64,000 bases of DNA from Candidatus Woesearchaeota archaeon (GTDB taxonomy: Archaea; Nanobdellota; Nanobdellia; Woesearchaeales; GW2011-AR4). The notes under the pieces were generated by a model, which saw only the letters and a list, made by a program, of their open reading frames with translations, was not told the origin of the DNA and ran no database searches. Made by a program: the position numbers and the translations under genes. The DNA lies in the NCBI GenBank assembly GCA_016180235.1, contig JACPBQ010000004.1, positions 34,940 to 98,939 of the forward strand, written 5' to 3'. Shown here piece after piece: positions 30,942-39,706 of this stretch (the first letter of the stretch is position 1; every line of letters starts with the position of its first letter).

Positions 30942-32038
30942 TTTTTTGCAGTCAAATGGATTTTGAACAAATTCTTGAAAAATACAGGAGAATTGTTGAT
31001 AGGGAGCTTAACGCATTTTTTGACAAGAAGACAGGGCAGGAAAAAGATGATTTCCTGAAGGCCAGCTGCAGCCACCTTAAGGAGTTCACACTCAGGCCCG
31101 GAAAAAGGATAAGGCCCATAGCAGCGATTATGGCCTACAAGGCAATCAAAGATAGTTATGAAGAATCAATATATCCTGTTTCCATTGCACCCGAGCTGTT
31201 CCATGCATCTTCTTTGATACATGATGATATAATGGACGAGGACAGGCTAAGGAGAAACAAGGCTACAATGCACAGGATCTTTGAGGATCATTTTAAAAAA
31301 AAATTCAAAGACAAAAAATATCCCGGAGAGCTGTTTGACAGCCACTCAAAAAGGTTTTCAGTGTCCATGGCAATCATACAGGGAAATCTGCTTTATTCCC
31401 TGTCTTTCTCATCTATACTGGAATCGGGGCTGGACGACAAAAGGAAAAGCCTTTCCCTGAGGATATTGAATGACGGATACTGCAATACCAACAAAGGGCA
31501 GGTTTTTGACCTTTTAATGGCTGCAGATGAAAAAATAGATGAGAAAAGCTATATTGAAATGGCAATGGGAAAGACTGCCTGCCCCTTATCAGCAGCAATA
31601 CTGTTCGGAGCCGCATTAAACAATGCAACTGACTCCCAGCTTCGGCACCTTGAAAAATATTCCATGCTGGCAGGCCTTGCATTCCAGATACAGGATGATA
31701 TCATTGACATAAGCGAGGGAATGGATAAGGGCAGGGATATAGGTAGCGATTTAAAGAGGGGAAATAAAACGCTGATGGTCATCAGGGCATTGCGGGTAGG
31801 AGATGAAAAGCAAAGGAAGACCATACTTGATATAATCGGGAAGGACAAAACAACAAATACCCGGACAAGAGAGGCAATCAATGCTATAAAAGAAACCGGA
31901 AGCTTAAGCTATGCATCTGATTACGCCAAAAACAGAATCAAGGAAGCCAAAAAATGCCTGGAAAAAGCAAATTTAAGCAGAGAAGGCCATGAGTTCTTCA
32001 GCAATTTTGCAGACTATACCATAACAAGAAAAACATAG
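30938..32038 (+). CDS. trans-polyprenyl diphosphate synthase (IdsA/GGPP synthase-like)
   Basis: GKRIRP, LIHDDIMD...RR, GQ..D, KT, FQIQDDIID, SDLKRGNKT. Confidence 0.93.
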   Translation: MIFCSQMDFEQILEKYRRIVDRELNAFFDKKTGQEKDDFLKASCSHLKEFTLRPGKRIRPIAAIMAYKAIKDSYEESIYPVSIAPELFHASSLIHDDIMDEDRLRRNKATMHRIFEDHFKKKFKDKKYPGELFDSHSKRFSVSMAIIQGNLLYSLSFSSILESGLDDKRKSLSLRILNDGYCNTNKGQVFDLLMAADEKIDEKSYIEMAMGKTACPLSAAILFGAALNNATDSQLRHLEKYSMLAGLAFQIQDDIIDISEGMDKGRDIGSDLKRGNKTLMVIRALRVGDEKQRKTILDIIGKDKTTNTRTREAINAIKETGSLSYASDYAKNRIKEAKKCLEKANLSREGHEFFSNFADYTITRKT

Positions 32039-32040
32039 CA

Positions 32041-32496
32041 CTATTTCATGAAGAATCCTGCTCTTGCGGGATCAAATTTCCATTCGGCAGAAAGCTTTCC
32101 TGTCTTCTTGAAGTGCTTTGTAAGCCTTTTTATCTTTGACTCAGTAAGGTTGAGGCCGTGCTTTGCAGTCTGATCCTTGTCATTTGCCTCTATATGCTTC
32201 CTTAAGCTAACTGATTTCCTTATGAGAGCCATGATATCGTCAGGAAGTTCGGGAGCCAGATTATTTTCCTTTACTACCCTGGACAGTTTTTTCCTGAAAA
32301 GAAGCCTGACGTCAGGAATCCCGTAAGTGTCCCTCAATATCATCCCTATCTCTGAGGAGTTCTTGCCCTCTTTCGCAAGCTTTGCTATTATAAGCTCCAC
32401 TTCCTTAGGCTTGTACCTCAGCCACGTAGGCAGGGATTTCTTTATGGGCTTTTTTGAGCCGCTCTTTCCTTTTTTCCTTGAATGCATTCGTGCCAT
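32041..32496 (-). CDS. rps15: 30S ribosomal protein S15 (uS15)
   Basis: MARMHSRKKGKSGSKKP...IGMILRDTYGIP...ESKIKRL. Confidence 0.97.
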   Translation of the reverse strand: MARMHSRKKGKSGSKKPIKKSLPTWLRYKPKEVELIIAKLAKEGKNSSEIGMILRDTYGIPDVRLLFRKKLSRVVKENNLAPELPDDIMALIRKSVSLRKHIEANDKDQTAKHGLNLTESKIKRLTKHFKKTGKLSAEWKFDPARAGFFMK

Positions 32497-32508
32497 ATTT
32501 GTTTAGCC

Positions 32509-32706
32509 TCAAAATTTCTTGAATTGAGCCACAGTATCTATAAGGTCAACATGGCCCAGGAACATCGCCCTGCAGCAGTACCTTTCCAGACCTAATTCAT
32601 CCATGGCTTTTTTCCTGTCCTCATTTTTCTGCAGCTTTTCATTGAATTCCTCCCATAAATGACCTATGGGCTTCCCGCAACTCCAGCAGCGTATCGGTAT
32701 AATCAT
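32509..32706 (-). CDS. rpoN: RNA polymerase subunit N (Rpo10)
   Basis: MIIPIRCWSCGK...LGLERYCCR. Confidence 0.97.
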   Translation of the reverse strand: MIIPIRCWSCGKPIGHLWEEFNEKLQKNEDRKKAMDELGLERYCCRAMFLGHVDLIDTVAQFKKF

Positions 32707-32777
32707 TTTTGTTCACCTTGCAATTAATTGTCTACTCGAGGAAAATCTGGCTGTTTTTAAAGGTTTTGTATTGTGTT

Positions 32778-33152
32778 TTAAAGTAGAACCCCTTTCTTTT
32801 TCGCTAAATCTATCAACTTATCAAAATCTTTTATTGGAATCAATGGGCAATATTGTCCCCAAGTCCATTTACCGTTTCTATTTCCTGTTTTTCCAATTAT
32901 ATAATAACCAAAACGATACTCTACGTCTCCAAGTTCTCTACTTTTAATATGGACTATGTCCCCCTCTACCCTCGTTCTTCTTAAACGTTCAAAAACAAAA
33001 ACTTTTTCTGGTAGATTATGTTGCCTCATAAAAAACCAAGCTTCCCTAATAAAGAAATGTTTGCCTTTTCGACCAATATCTTTTAGAGGGATTTCTTTCT
33101 GTATTTTATACTCTTCTTCCTTTCTTTTTATAAAATCCTCTGCTGATTCCAT
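32778..33152 (-). CDS. Hypothetical protein in low-GC island
   Basis: 124-aa ORF with GGTAG SD, co-oriented with the LAGLIDADG-like gene. Confidence 0.7.
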   Translation of the reverse strand: MESAEDFIKRKEEEYKIQKEIPLKDIGRKGKHFFIREAWFFMRQHNLPEKVFVFERLRRTRVEGDIVHIKSRELGDVEYRFGYYIIGKTGNRNGKWTWGQYCPLIPIKDFDKLIDLAKKKGVLL

Positions 33153-33165
33153 CTACCACTGTTAG

Positions 33166-34287
33166 TTAGCTATTTTTTATTAATCTTTCTTTCCTTACTC
33201 TCTGAACTTTAATATCACTAACTCCAACCTGCTCAGCAATCTTCCAAGCAGGCCATTCTGGATGCAAATTGTGCAACTCTATTATCTTGTTAATTTTATT
33301 TTGTGGGATTTTGTTGTGTGGCTTCTGAAGATTACTTCTCCATTCATTTAAGCCTTCAAATTTTCCATAAAGATTCATCATTCTTAGGAATTTATTATAC
33401 TTTTCAGGGCTTAAGGTCATTAGTTTTTGTTTAAGTAGTTGTAAATTGTTTTGTTTTTTGGAAACTATAAGCTTATCGCCATTGTAAATAATGCTACTGA
33501 CACCTAATTTTTTGAGGCAATTATGATAAATTAATTTTTCATCTGGATTAGTAGAAGATATATGTACTCTAAATTTCTTGGAAGGAATATCAATTTCAAC
33601 ACACGACTCTCCGGCTATGATTCCCCTCAGAAAACTTCTTATTTCACTTTCTTCATAATTTAATATATTTTGAGTTGTTCTTTTGACAAAATTTTTGATT
33701 ATTTGGCTAAAGAGATTGCTTTTACGTTCAATTATTAAAGTGCCATAGTCATAAAATCCTAATTTTTTGTTGGTGGTGTTCTTAATGTAACTAACCTTTT
33801 TAGGGTAAGACTGTTCTAAAGATAAACCTGTCTTTGAAATCCAATAATTAATAACTTTTTCTTCAATTTCTTTTTTATAATTTTCATCCAAAGGTTCATT
33901 AATATTTACTTTTATGTACCATTTCCATTTTTCTTTAGGAAAATTAAATTCTTTATCAAACCATTTGATTACTTTGTTTATTATCTGGTATTCATGATTA
34001 CAAAAAACAATTTTTCCATCTTGCTGCTTTCCCATCTCAGCCTGTAGCAACCCTAAAACTTCAAAATTTTCTTGATTTCTCTTGATAAATTTAGGAAGTA
34101 ATAAGTTGTGTTCTTTGCGACCAACTTTACCGAATTGATTATGAATATCAGTAAAATAGCTAAACATTAAATAAATTCCATCATCTAGTACACTTAAATC
34201 ATAATTTTTATTAACATCATCATTGCAGAGAACTTTATCTGGAATAAATTCTTTCAAACAAATTTTTTGATTTCTAAGCGAGTTCAT
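33166..34287 (-). CDS. Free-standing two-motif LAGLIDADG-like endonuclease with C-terminal HTH
   Basis: FEVLGLLQAEMGK..DGKIVFCN and RSFLRGIIAGESCV helices; C-terminal PAWKIAEQVGVSDIKVQRV HTH. Confidence 0.75.
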   Translation of the reverse strand: MNSLRNQKICLKEFIPDKVLCNDDVNKNYDLSVLDDGIYLMFSYFTDIHNQFGKVGRKEHNLLLPKFIKRNQENFEVLGLLQAEMGKQQDGKIVFCNHEYQIINKVIKWFDKEFNFPKEKWKWYIKVNINEPLDENYKKEIEEKVINYWISKTGLSLEQSYPKKVSYIKNTTNKKLGFYDYGTLIIERKSNLFSQIIKNFVKRTTQNILNYEESEIRSFLRGIIAGESCVEIDIPSKKFRVHISSTNPDEKLIYHNCLKKLGVSSIIYNGDKLIVSKKQNNLQLLKQKLMTLSPEKYNKFLRMMNLYGKFEGLNEWRSNLQKPHNKIPQNKINKIIELHNLHPEWPAWKIAEQVGVSDIKVQRVRKERLIKNS

Positions 34288-34578
34288 TTTAAATCACCAA
34301 TTTTTATTTGGTTGAAACTGCGTAAAAGGCTTTTGAGTTGAAAACCAAAAGACTTAATTTGGCTGTTGAAACATTGGTTAAGGTGATTAAATTAACGAGC
34401 CAATCAAAAGATTTGTAGAATTTATCCTTTATAAGTTTCACGCGCAAATGTCCAGTGGTTGTGGATACAAAAGGATGAATAAAGAGTTCTAAAAATAAAT
34501 AAAGATTATTTAACCTTATTTTAGTAAATTAAGAAAAAATTAAGCTTATTTTAAAGAAATAAGCCTTATTTAAGCTTT

Positions 34579-34980
34579 TTAACGATAGCTCTTCTGACGC
34601 TTACTTCTGGCCTGCCCGTGCCTGTTCGGCTTTGCAGGCTCCTTTCTCCTAACATCAGCTACCAACAGATTCCTGTCATATTCCAAAAACTGCTCTCTCA
34701 ACTTGCTATTCTTTGAATATTCTGAAAGCGCTTTGGCGATTGCGAGCCTTGATGCGTCTGCCTGGCTGGACATGCCGCCACCAAAAACTTTAACCCTTAT
34801 GTCAACCTTGTCTACAACATCCCCTGCAATAATCAAAGGCTCCCTTAGCTTCAGCCTGTAGAGCTCAGGCTCGTAAAAATCCAGCAGCAGATTATTTACT
34901 TTTATTATTCCATTACCGGGCTTTATTGTTGCCCTTGCAATGGCCTTTTTCCTTTTTCCGGATGTCATTATTGTCTTCAT
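34579..34980 (-). CDS. rps9: 30S ribosomal protein S9
   Basis: SGKRKKAIARA, GGGMSSQA, YDRNLLVAD.RR, ARSKRQKSYR. Confidence 0.97.
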   Translation of the reverse strand: MKTIMTSGKRKKAIARATIKPGNGIIKVNNLLLDFYEPELYRLKLREPLIIAGDVVDKVDIRVKVFGGGMSSQADASRLAIAKALSEYSKNSKLREQFLEYDRNLLVADVRRKEPAKPNRHGQARSKRQKSYR

Positions 34981-35396
34981 CTTATTTTTCCACCGACATG
35001 GATGCAAATCTCCTTTACAGTAACATACTTAAGGTTTGGAACCTTAGCTATGGTGGCATCTTTTATTATTTCGGATTTCTGATCCTTAAGAGTTTCCGGA
35101 ATTCCGATGTGGCACCTTATCTTCTTAAATGCCGCTGCCCCCCTCTCTTTTTTATGCGGCAGCATCCCCCTTATAGCGCGCTTAACAAACCTGTCGGGCA
35201 TCCTGTAAAAAAACGGGCCCTTGGTGTGTATGCCCATGCTAAATCCACGCTCATAATCCTTGAAAATCCTTTGCCTGTCTCCGGTGATCACTGAGTTTTC
35301 GCAATTGACAATATGCACTTCTTCGCCCAATAAAGCTTTCTTCGCTGCATAAGTCCCCAATCTTCCAAGTATCGTGTTATTAGCGTCTATTATCAT
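34977..35396 (-). CDS. rpl13: 50S ribosomal protein L13
   Basis: IIDANNTILGRL, KGPFFYRMPD, IRGMLPHK. Confidence 0.97.
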   Translation of the reverse strand: MIIDANNTILGRLGTYAAKKALLGEEVHIVNCENSVITGDRQRIFKDYERGFSMGIHTKGPFFYRMPDRFVKRAIRGMLPHKKERGAAAFKKIRCHIGIPETLKDQKSEIIKDATIAKVPNLKYVTVKEICIHVGGKIR

Positions 35397-35397
35397 T

Positions 35398-35760
35398 TTA
35401 ACCAACTATCTTGATTTTTTTGCCATTCGGCTTTTCTTTGCTCAAATCCATAAGGGTCATTATCTTTGCCCCTGACTTCTCCAGCTTGTCTCTGGCCTGC
35501 TCTGAAAACTGGTATGCGGATATCGTAAGCTTGTGATTCAAATCTCCGGAGCCGAGGACCTTTCCAGGGACGATTATTATGTCATTCTCATCGGTATAGC
35601 GGTTTATCCTGGACAAATTTACAACCCTTCTCTGCCTTGACGACTTTTCCAGATCCATGGCAATCCTTTTCCATAAGCCGACAGACTGCTCAATACTTCT
35701 TTTCTTGAGCTCGGTTATCAAGCCGCTCAATACCGTGTTTGTCGGACCTGTTCGTTTCAT
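35398..35760 (-). CDS. rpl18e: 50S ribosomal protein L18e
   Basis: VNLSRINR, VPGKVLGSG, FS..A..K. Confidence 0.96.
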   Translation of the reverse strand: MKRTGPTNTVLSGLITELKKRSIEQSVGLWKRIAMDLEKSSRQRRVVNLSRINRYTDENDIIIVPGKVLGSGDLNHKLTISAYQFSEQARDKLEKSGAKIMTLMDLSKEKPNGKKIKIVG

Positions 35761-35804
35761 TTTTTTCTGGATTTTTTATTTTAAATTTTTAATTTTGAAA
35801 GTTA

Positions 35805-35902
35805 TGCGGAGGAAGGGATTCGAACCCTCGCACCCACTAAGGGACAAGGCTTTTGCCTGCAACCTCAACCTTGCGCATTTGGCCAGGCTCTGCCACCTCC
35901 GC
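35805..35902 (-). tRNA. tRNA-Leu(GAG) with 12-nt 37/38 intron (35851..35862)
   Basis: GCGGAGG/CCTCCGC acceptor, CAAGG-TT-GAG-G[TTGCAGGCAAAA]G-CCTTG, long variable arm, GAGGG-TTCGAAT-CCCTT; usual archaeal position between rpoD and rpl18e. Confidence 0.92.
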
Positions 35903-35922
35903 AAACGAAGTGCAGAGTTGCT

Positions 35923-36726
35923 TTATTTCACCTTCTTTATCTCCTCGGCAAACTGGTCAAATGTATCATTGAAAATGTCCAATGCCTGGACTAGTATCTC
36001 TTTGCAGCTGAGCTGACCCCATGATTCTATGTAAAAAATGAAATCATTGTCGTGAGTTACCTTGACTTCCCCCTTGGAAACCTCTTCTGCAACCCCGGCA
36101 AGATCATACTTGAAAAGATTGTCCTTTATCACTTCCAATTTCCCGTTCTTAATCTCAAAGACATTGCCATGAGCTGCCTCAACCATTTCTTCCGGATTTT
36201 TCACATTCCCTATCTCTATGACCGGCTTGTATTTGTAATACACCAAAGCAGGGCTCCATTTTGAGTGGTCTTTTCCCTTTCCCAAAACAGCAGTTGCTTC
36301 CAATTCCAATGACTGGTCTTTCAACAGCTTGACAATGGGGGTTGTTGGATAAACCGGCTTTACCGCAGGATCCTTGGACTTGATATCAGAAGCATAAACT
36401 GTTATTGGAGCCGCTTTTTTATTTGTGACATGAATAGTGAGCTTTAATTGGCATCTTGCGCATCCTTTGCCTTCGCATTTGCATTTTTCAGGCAAATTGT
36501 AGGATTTTAAATCGGTCTTAAGAGGCATCAGGCCAAGCCTGTGCGCTATCATCTCATCATAAAGTATTGAATTGTTTTTCCTGAATTCAACATCCTCAAT
36601 GGCCATTGTAGGGACCTCTTCAATTATGATTCTTCTTAATGCATTTACAAAAGCAGCCGAGGTATCCTTAATTATAAACGAAACCTTCCCTTCATCCTTT
36701 TTGTTTTCCAAGACCCTGACTTCCAT
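35923..36726 (-). CDS. rpoD: RNA polymerase subunit D (Rpo3)
   Basis: NALRRIIIEEVPTMAIE, DEMIAHRLGLMPL, GKGKDHSKWSP, ESWGQL. Confidence 0.97.
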   Translation of the reverse strand: MEVRVLENKKDEGKVSFIIKDTSAAFVNALRRIIIEEVPTMAIEDVEFRKNNSILYDEMIAHRLGLMPLKTDLKSYNLPEKCKCEGKGCARCQLKLTIHVTNKKAAPITVYASDIKSKDPAVKPVYPTTPIVKLLKDQSLELEATAVLGKGKDHSKWSPALVYYKYKPVIEIGNVKNPEEMVEAAHGNVFEIKNGKLEVIKDNLFKYDLAGVAEEVSKGEVKVTHDNDFIFYIESWGQLSCKEILVQALDIFNDTFDQFAEEIKKVK

Positions 36727-36736
36727 TTTATCCTCC

Positions 36737-37132
36737 TTAAACTCTCCTTCCCCTTCTGCCGCCTTTTTTCCTGCAACCGTCATGAGGCAGGGGAGTGACA
36801 TCCTCAATTATACCTATCCTCAAGCCCATCCTTGACAAAGCCCTTATTGCAGCCTGCGCTCCAGGGCCTGGGTTTGACGGCCTGTTATGGCCCCCTGCAG
36901 CCCTTATCTTGACATGTATAGCAGATATTCCCTTCTCCCTTGCAGTTTCTGCAGCCCTTTTTGCTGCCACCATGGCTGCTGTAGGGGAAGATTCCATACG
37001 ATGGCTCTTTACAACCATTCCTCCAGACGCTTTGCTTATTGTTTCAGAGCCGGTTATATCTGTTATATGGATTATAGTGTTATTGTATGATGCGTAAATA
37101 TGCGCTATTCCCCATCTTTCCTGATATGCCAT
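36737..37132 (-). CDS. rps11: 30S ribosomal protein S11
   Basis: [40 protein letters not shown]. Confidence 0.98.
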   Translation of the reverse strand: MAYQERWGIAHIYASYNNTIIHITDITGSETISKASGGMVVKSHRMESSPTAAMVAAKRAAETAREKGISAIHVKIRAAGGHNRPSNPGPGAQAAIRALSRMGLRIGIIEDVTPLPHDGCRKKGGRRGRRV

Positions 37133-37134
37133 TT

Positions 37135-37824
37135 TCAGTTACCTTTTTCCCTGCTTTCTTTTTTTGATTCTTTAGCCGGGGTTTTTTTCTCAGTGCTATC
37201 GTGAGGCTTTTTCTTCGCTTCTTTTTTGGGCTCTTTTACTTCTTTTTTATTCTCTGCATTTTCTGCTGATTTCTCTTTTTTGCCTTCTGCCTTTTTTAGC
37301 GGCTTTTTTTCCTCAACTGCCCTTTCAGGATGATTCACATCAACAAAAACAGAGCCGGGAGCAAACTGTATGCTGTTTTCCTGGCTTAATGGAACAAGAT
37401 AAGAGGGAGCAGTTATTTTTTTATCTCCGACAGCAACCTGCTGATGGACGATGAACTGCCTTGCCTGCTTAATGGTCCTGGCCAAATGTTTCCGATAAAG
37501 CAGAGTCTGCAATCTTCTTTCCATGACATCCTTTAATTTCAATGATAATACATCCTCAATCTTTGCGTTCTGGCCTATTAAACCCAATGAAGACAGCTTT
37601 TTCAGCAGCTGGCTCCTCTCCTTTTCTGATTGCGATGTTTTTGTAGTAATAAGGTTTTTAGCCTGGCTTGTAAAGTTCTTCAGGATAGAGCTCATCTTCC
37701 AGATCTCATATTTCCTTTTCAGCCCATATTCCCTGACAAGCTCCTGCTCCCTGAGGATTCTTTCCTTCTGCCACGGGTGAGACGGCGTTGAAAATTTTTT
37801 TCTTTGTCTTTTTGGACTTCCCAT
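37135..37824 (-). CDS. rps4: 30S ribosomal protein S4
   Basis: TPSHPWQ, YGLKRK.EIWK, ERRLQT, ARQFIVH; charged tail. Confidence 0.97.
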   Translation of the reverse strand: MGSPKRQRKKFSTPSHPWQKERILREQELVREYGLKRKYEIWKMSSILKNFTSQAKNLITTKTSQSEKERSQLLKKLSSLGLIGQNAKIEDVLSLKLKDVMERRLQTLLYRKHLARTIKQARQFIVHQQVAVGDKKITAPSYLVPLSQENSIQFAPGSVFVDVNHPERAVEEKKPLKKAEGKKEKSAENAENKKEVKEPKKEAKKKPHDSTEKKTPAKESKKESREKGN

Positions 37825-37846
37825 TGTTTACATTAAAGTTTTATTC

Positions 37847-38362
37847 CTATTCTTTACCTGATTTTGGGGCTGCTTTTGGAGCTTCTTTTTTCTTTACCCC
37901 CAAAGACCCCTTTCCCTTGTTTCTCCTGAAATTTGACTTGGTTCTCTGGCCTCTTACAGGCAAGCCCATTCCGTGCCTTATGCCTATATAGGACCTTATC
38001 CTCTTCAGCCTTTTGATATCGTTTTCCTGCGCAAATCCGAGGTCTCCTGTAAAGGCATGATAATCTTTGCCATCCTCATAGTTTTTCCTGCGGTTCATCA
38101 TCCAGGAAGGGACATTGTATTTTGAAAGGTTTCCAAGAACATCATCAATTTTTTTTACCTGCTCATCTGTCAGGTAGCCTGTTTTGTTTGAGCCGTCTAT
38201 GCCCGCAAGATTGCATACCATATTTGAGAACATAAAGCCGATTCCTTTTATCTTGGTCAATGCCTGGGATATGTGCTTTTTTCCGTCCAGGTCTGTACTT
38301 GCAATCCTTACAAAGTACCTGAAATTCTCCTTTTCCTCTTTAGCCTGCTTAGCTTCTGCCAT
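37847..38362 (-). CDS. rps13: 30S ribosomal protein S13
   Basis: VRIASTDLDG, IKGIG, W..NRRK, YIGIRH..GLPVRGQRTKSN. Confidence 0.97.
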   Translation of the reverse strand: MAEAKQAKEEKENFRYFVRIASTDLDGKKHISQALTKIKGIGFMFSNMVCNLAGIDGSNKTGYLTDEQVKKIDDVLGNLSKYNVPSWMMNRRKNYEDGKDYHAFTGDLGFAQENDIKRLKRIRSYIGIRHGMGLPVRGQRTKSNFRRNKGKGSLGVKKKEAPKAAPKSGKE

Positions 38363-38497
38363 CTTAAATATATAGCCGAGAATATAGCGTATCTTTTAAC
38401 CCTATTTAAACGCCATAATGACTCGGGCTATATTTTCTGGGAAAGAATGGGTATTTATAAAGCTTATGGTAATAAGAATTATGCTGAATGAAAAAGG

Positions 38498-38589
38498 GGT
38501 GGCCTGCGAGAATCGAAATCGCGTGGTTTTGCACCATCTCGCGCCAGAGGATCCACAGTCCCCTATTCTGCCACTAAACTAAGGCCACC
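38498..38589 (-). tRNA. tRNA-His(GTG), encoded G-1, with 20-nt non-canonical T-arm intron (38518..38537)
   Basis: G-GTGGCCT/AGGCCAC-C acceptor, GGGGA-CT-GTG-GA-TCCTC, T-arm GCGAG[ATGGTGCAAAACCACGCGAT]TTCGATT-CTCGC. Confidence 0.92.
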
Positions 38590-38618
38590 AGCTATAATAT
38601 GGAGAATCAACTTTTGCC

Positions 38619-39197
38619 TTATAAATCTTTTGCGGTAATTTTTTTGATATCTTTCAATAGAAGCCCGAATTTTTTGTAGCCGGATTTTTCATTGAAGTGG
38701 CCGGCATTTTTTACAATAATAAGTTGTGAATCAAGGTTTTTTGCCATTTCCTGCCCTTTTTCCAGCGGAATGTGCGGGTCATTATCTGCCTGGTAAACAA
38801 AAAATTTATCGCAATTATTTTTTATTTTTTCCCAGTCAAAATCCTTTTGTGCAAAGGTTTTGCTTATAGAATCGTAAAAATCGCTTCCCAAAGGGCCTAA
38901 AAATCCTGCAACCAAAAAAGAAGCTTTAATTTTTACATTTAATTTTTCCAAAACGCTCAAAATAAATGCGCAGCCGATGCTGTGGCCTATCAATATGGAA
39001 TTTTCATTCAATTTTCCCATATATTTATCAAATATTCCCATCCATGACTCCAGTTTCTGGCTTTTTGGTGTGGGAAATTCCGGGACAAAAACTTCATAGC
39101 TTAATTTTTTCAATTCTTCTTTCAGCCATGGAAACCAGTTCTCATTTGGATTTCCATAAGAGCCGTGTATAATTATAGCGACAGAACTCATTTTCAT
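38619..39197 (-). CDS. RBBP9/YdeN family alpha/beta hydrolase
   Basis: IIHG, NWFPWL, GHSIG, DNDP, AGHFN. Confidence 0.92.
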   Translation of the reverse strand: MKMSSVAIIIHGSYGNPNENWFPWLKEELKKLSYEVFVPEFPTPKSQKLESWMGIFDKYMGKLNENSILIGHSIGCAFILSVLEKLNVKIKASFLVAGFLGPLGSDFYDSISKTFAQKDFDWEKIKNNCDKFFVYQADNDPHIPLEKGQEMAKNLDSQLIIVKNAGHFNEKSGYKKFGLLLKDIKKITAKDL

Positions 39198-39199
39198 GC

Positions 39200-39706
39200 T
39201 TACCGGTATTTATCCTTCAAAAACAGCTGATAGACGAGGTAAGGCAGGATAAAGGCAAGCGCATAAACAACCCCGACCAGCAAAGGGTTATGGGGGTTTT
39301 GAATATTAATTGCTTTTTCCAGATTATTTGAAAATGCCACGATTATCACAACATTAATCACTGCTGTTATCGGGACCATTATTCCAAGAAAAATATGGTG
39401 CTTTGCCTCCAAATGCTCGATCGTCCTTATCACCAGCTCAAACAACAGGCCAAAGGAAATCCCAAGGGTTATCAAAACAAGGTATAACGGAAGATTGTTC
39501 AATGCCAATAAAATGGGAATCAATGATATTGAAATAATAAAGTTCCCGATAATTGCGATGAGCAATGATATCCAAAAAACCAGCTTGTCAAGAATTTTTA
39601 TCCTGGGATGCCTGTTTGCTTTTGCATGCTCTATTATCCTAGATGCCCTGATTATCTCTTTTTTGCTCCATCCTTTCCGCTCGAGCCTCTTTTTTATGTC
39701 CGGCAT
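39200..39706 (-). CDS. Hypothetical 4-TM membrane protein
   Basis: LERKGWSKKEI N-terminus plus four hydrophobic segments; overlaps the upstream ORF. Confidence 0.75.
   Translation of the reverse strand: MPDIKKRLERKGWSKKEIIRASRIIEHAKANRHPRIKILDKLVFWISLLIAIIGNFIISISLIPILLALNNLPLYLVLITLGISFGLLFELVIRTIEHLEAKHHIFLGIMVPITAVINVVIIVAFSNNLEKAINIQNPHNPLLVGVVYALAFILPYLVYQLFLKDKYR

Noticed and set aside
23961-32038. Bacterial contamination or chimeric contig
   Set aside because: The cluster is interleaved with genes whose paralogs lie beside the archaeal SRP RNA, has TATA-like promoters, and abuts rps15; final exclusion needs reads.
33166-34287. Intein or group I intron context for the LAGLIDADG ORF
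   Set aside because: Flanking rps9 and rpoN are intact, and no intein termini or intron core are visible.
34300-34375. CRISPR mini-array (GTTGAAA resembles repeat ends)
   Set aside because: Only 7-8 bp are shared, the period (~27 nt) is too short for repeat plus spacer, and there are no cas genes.
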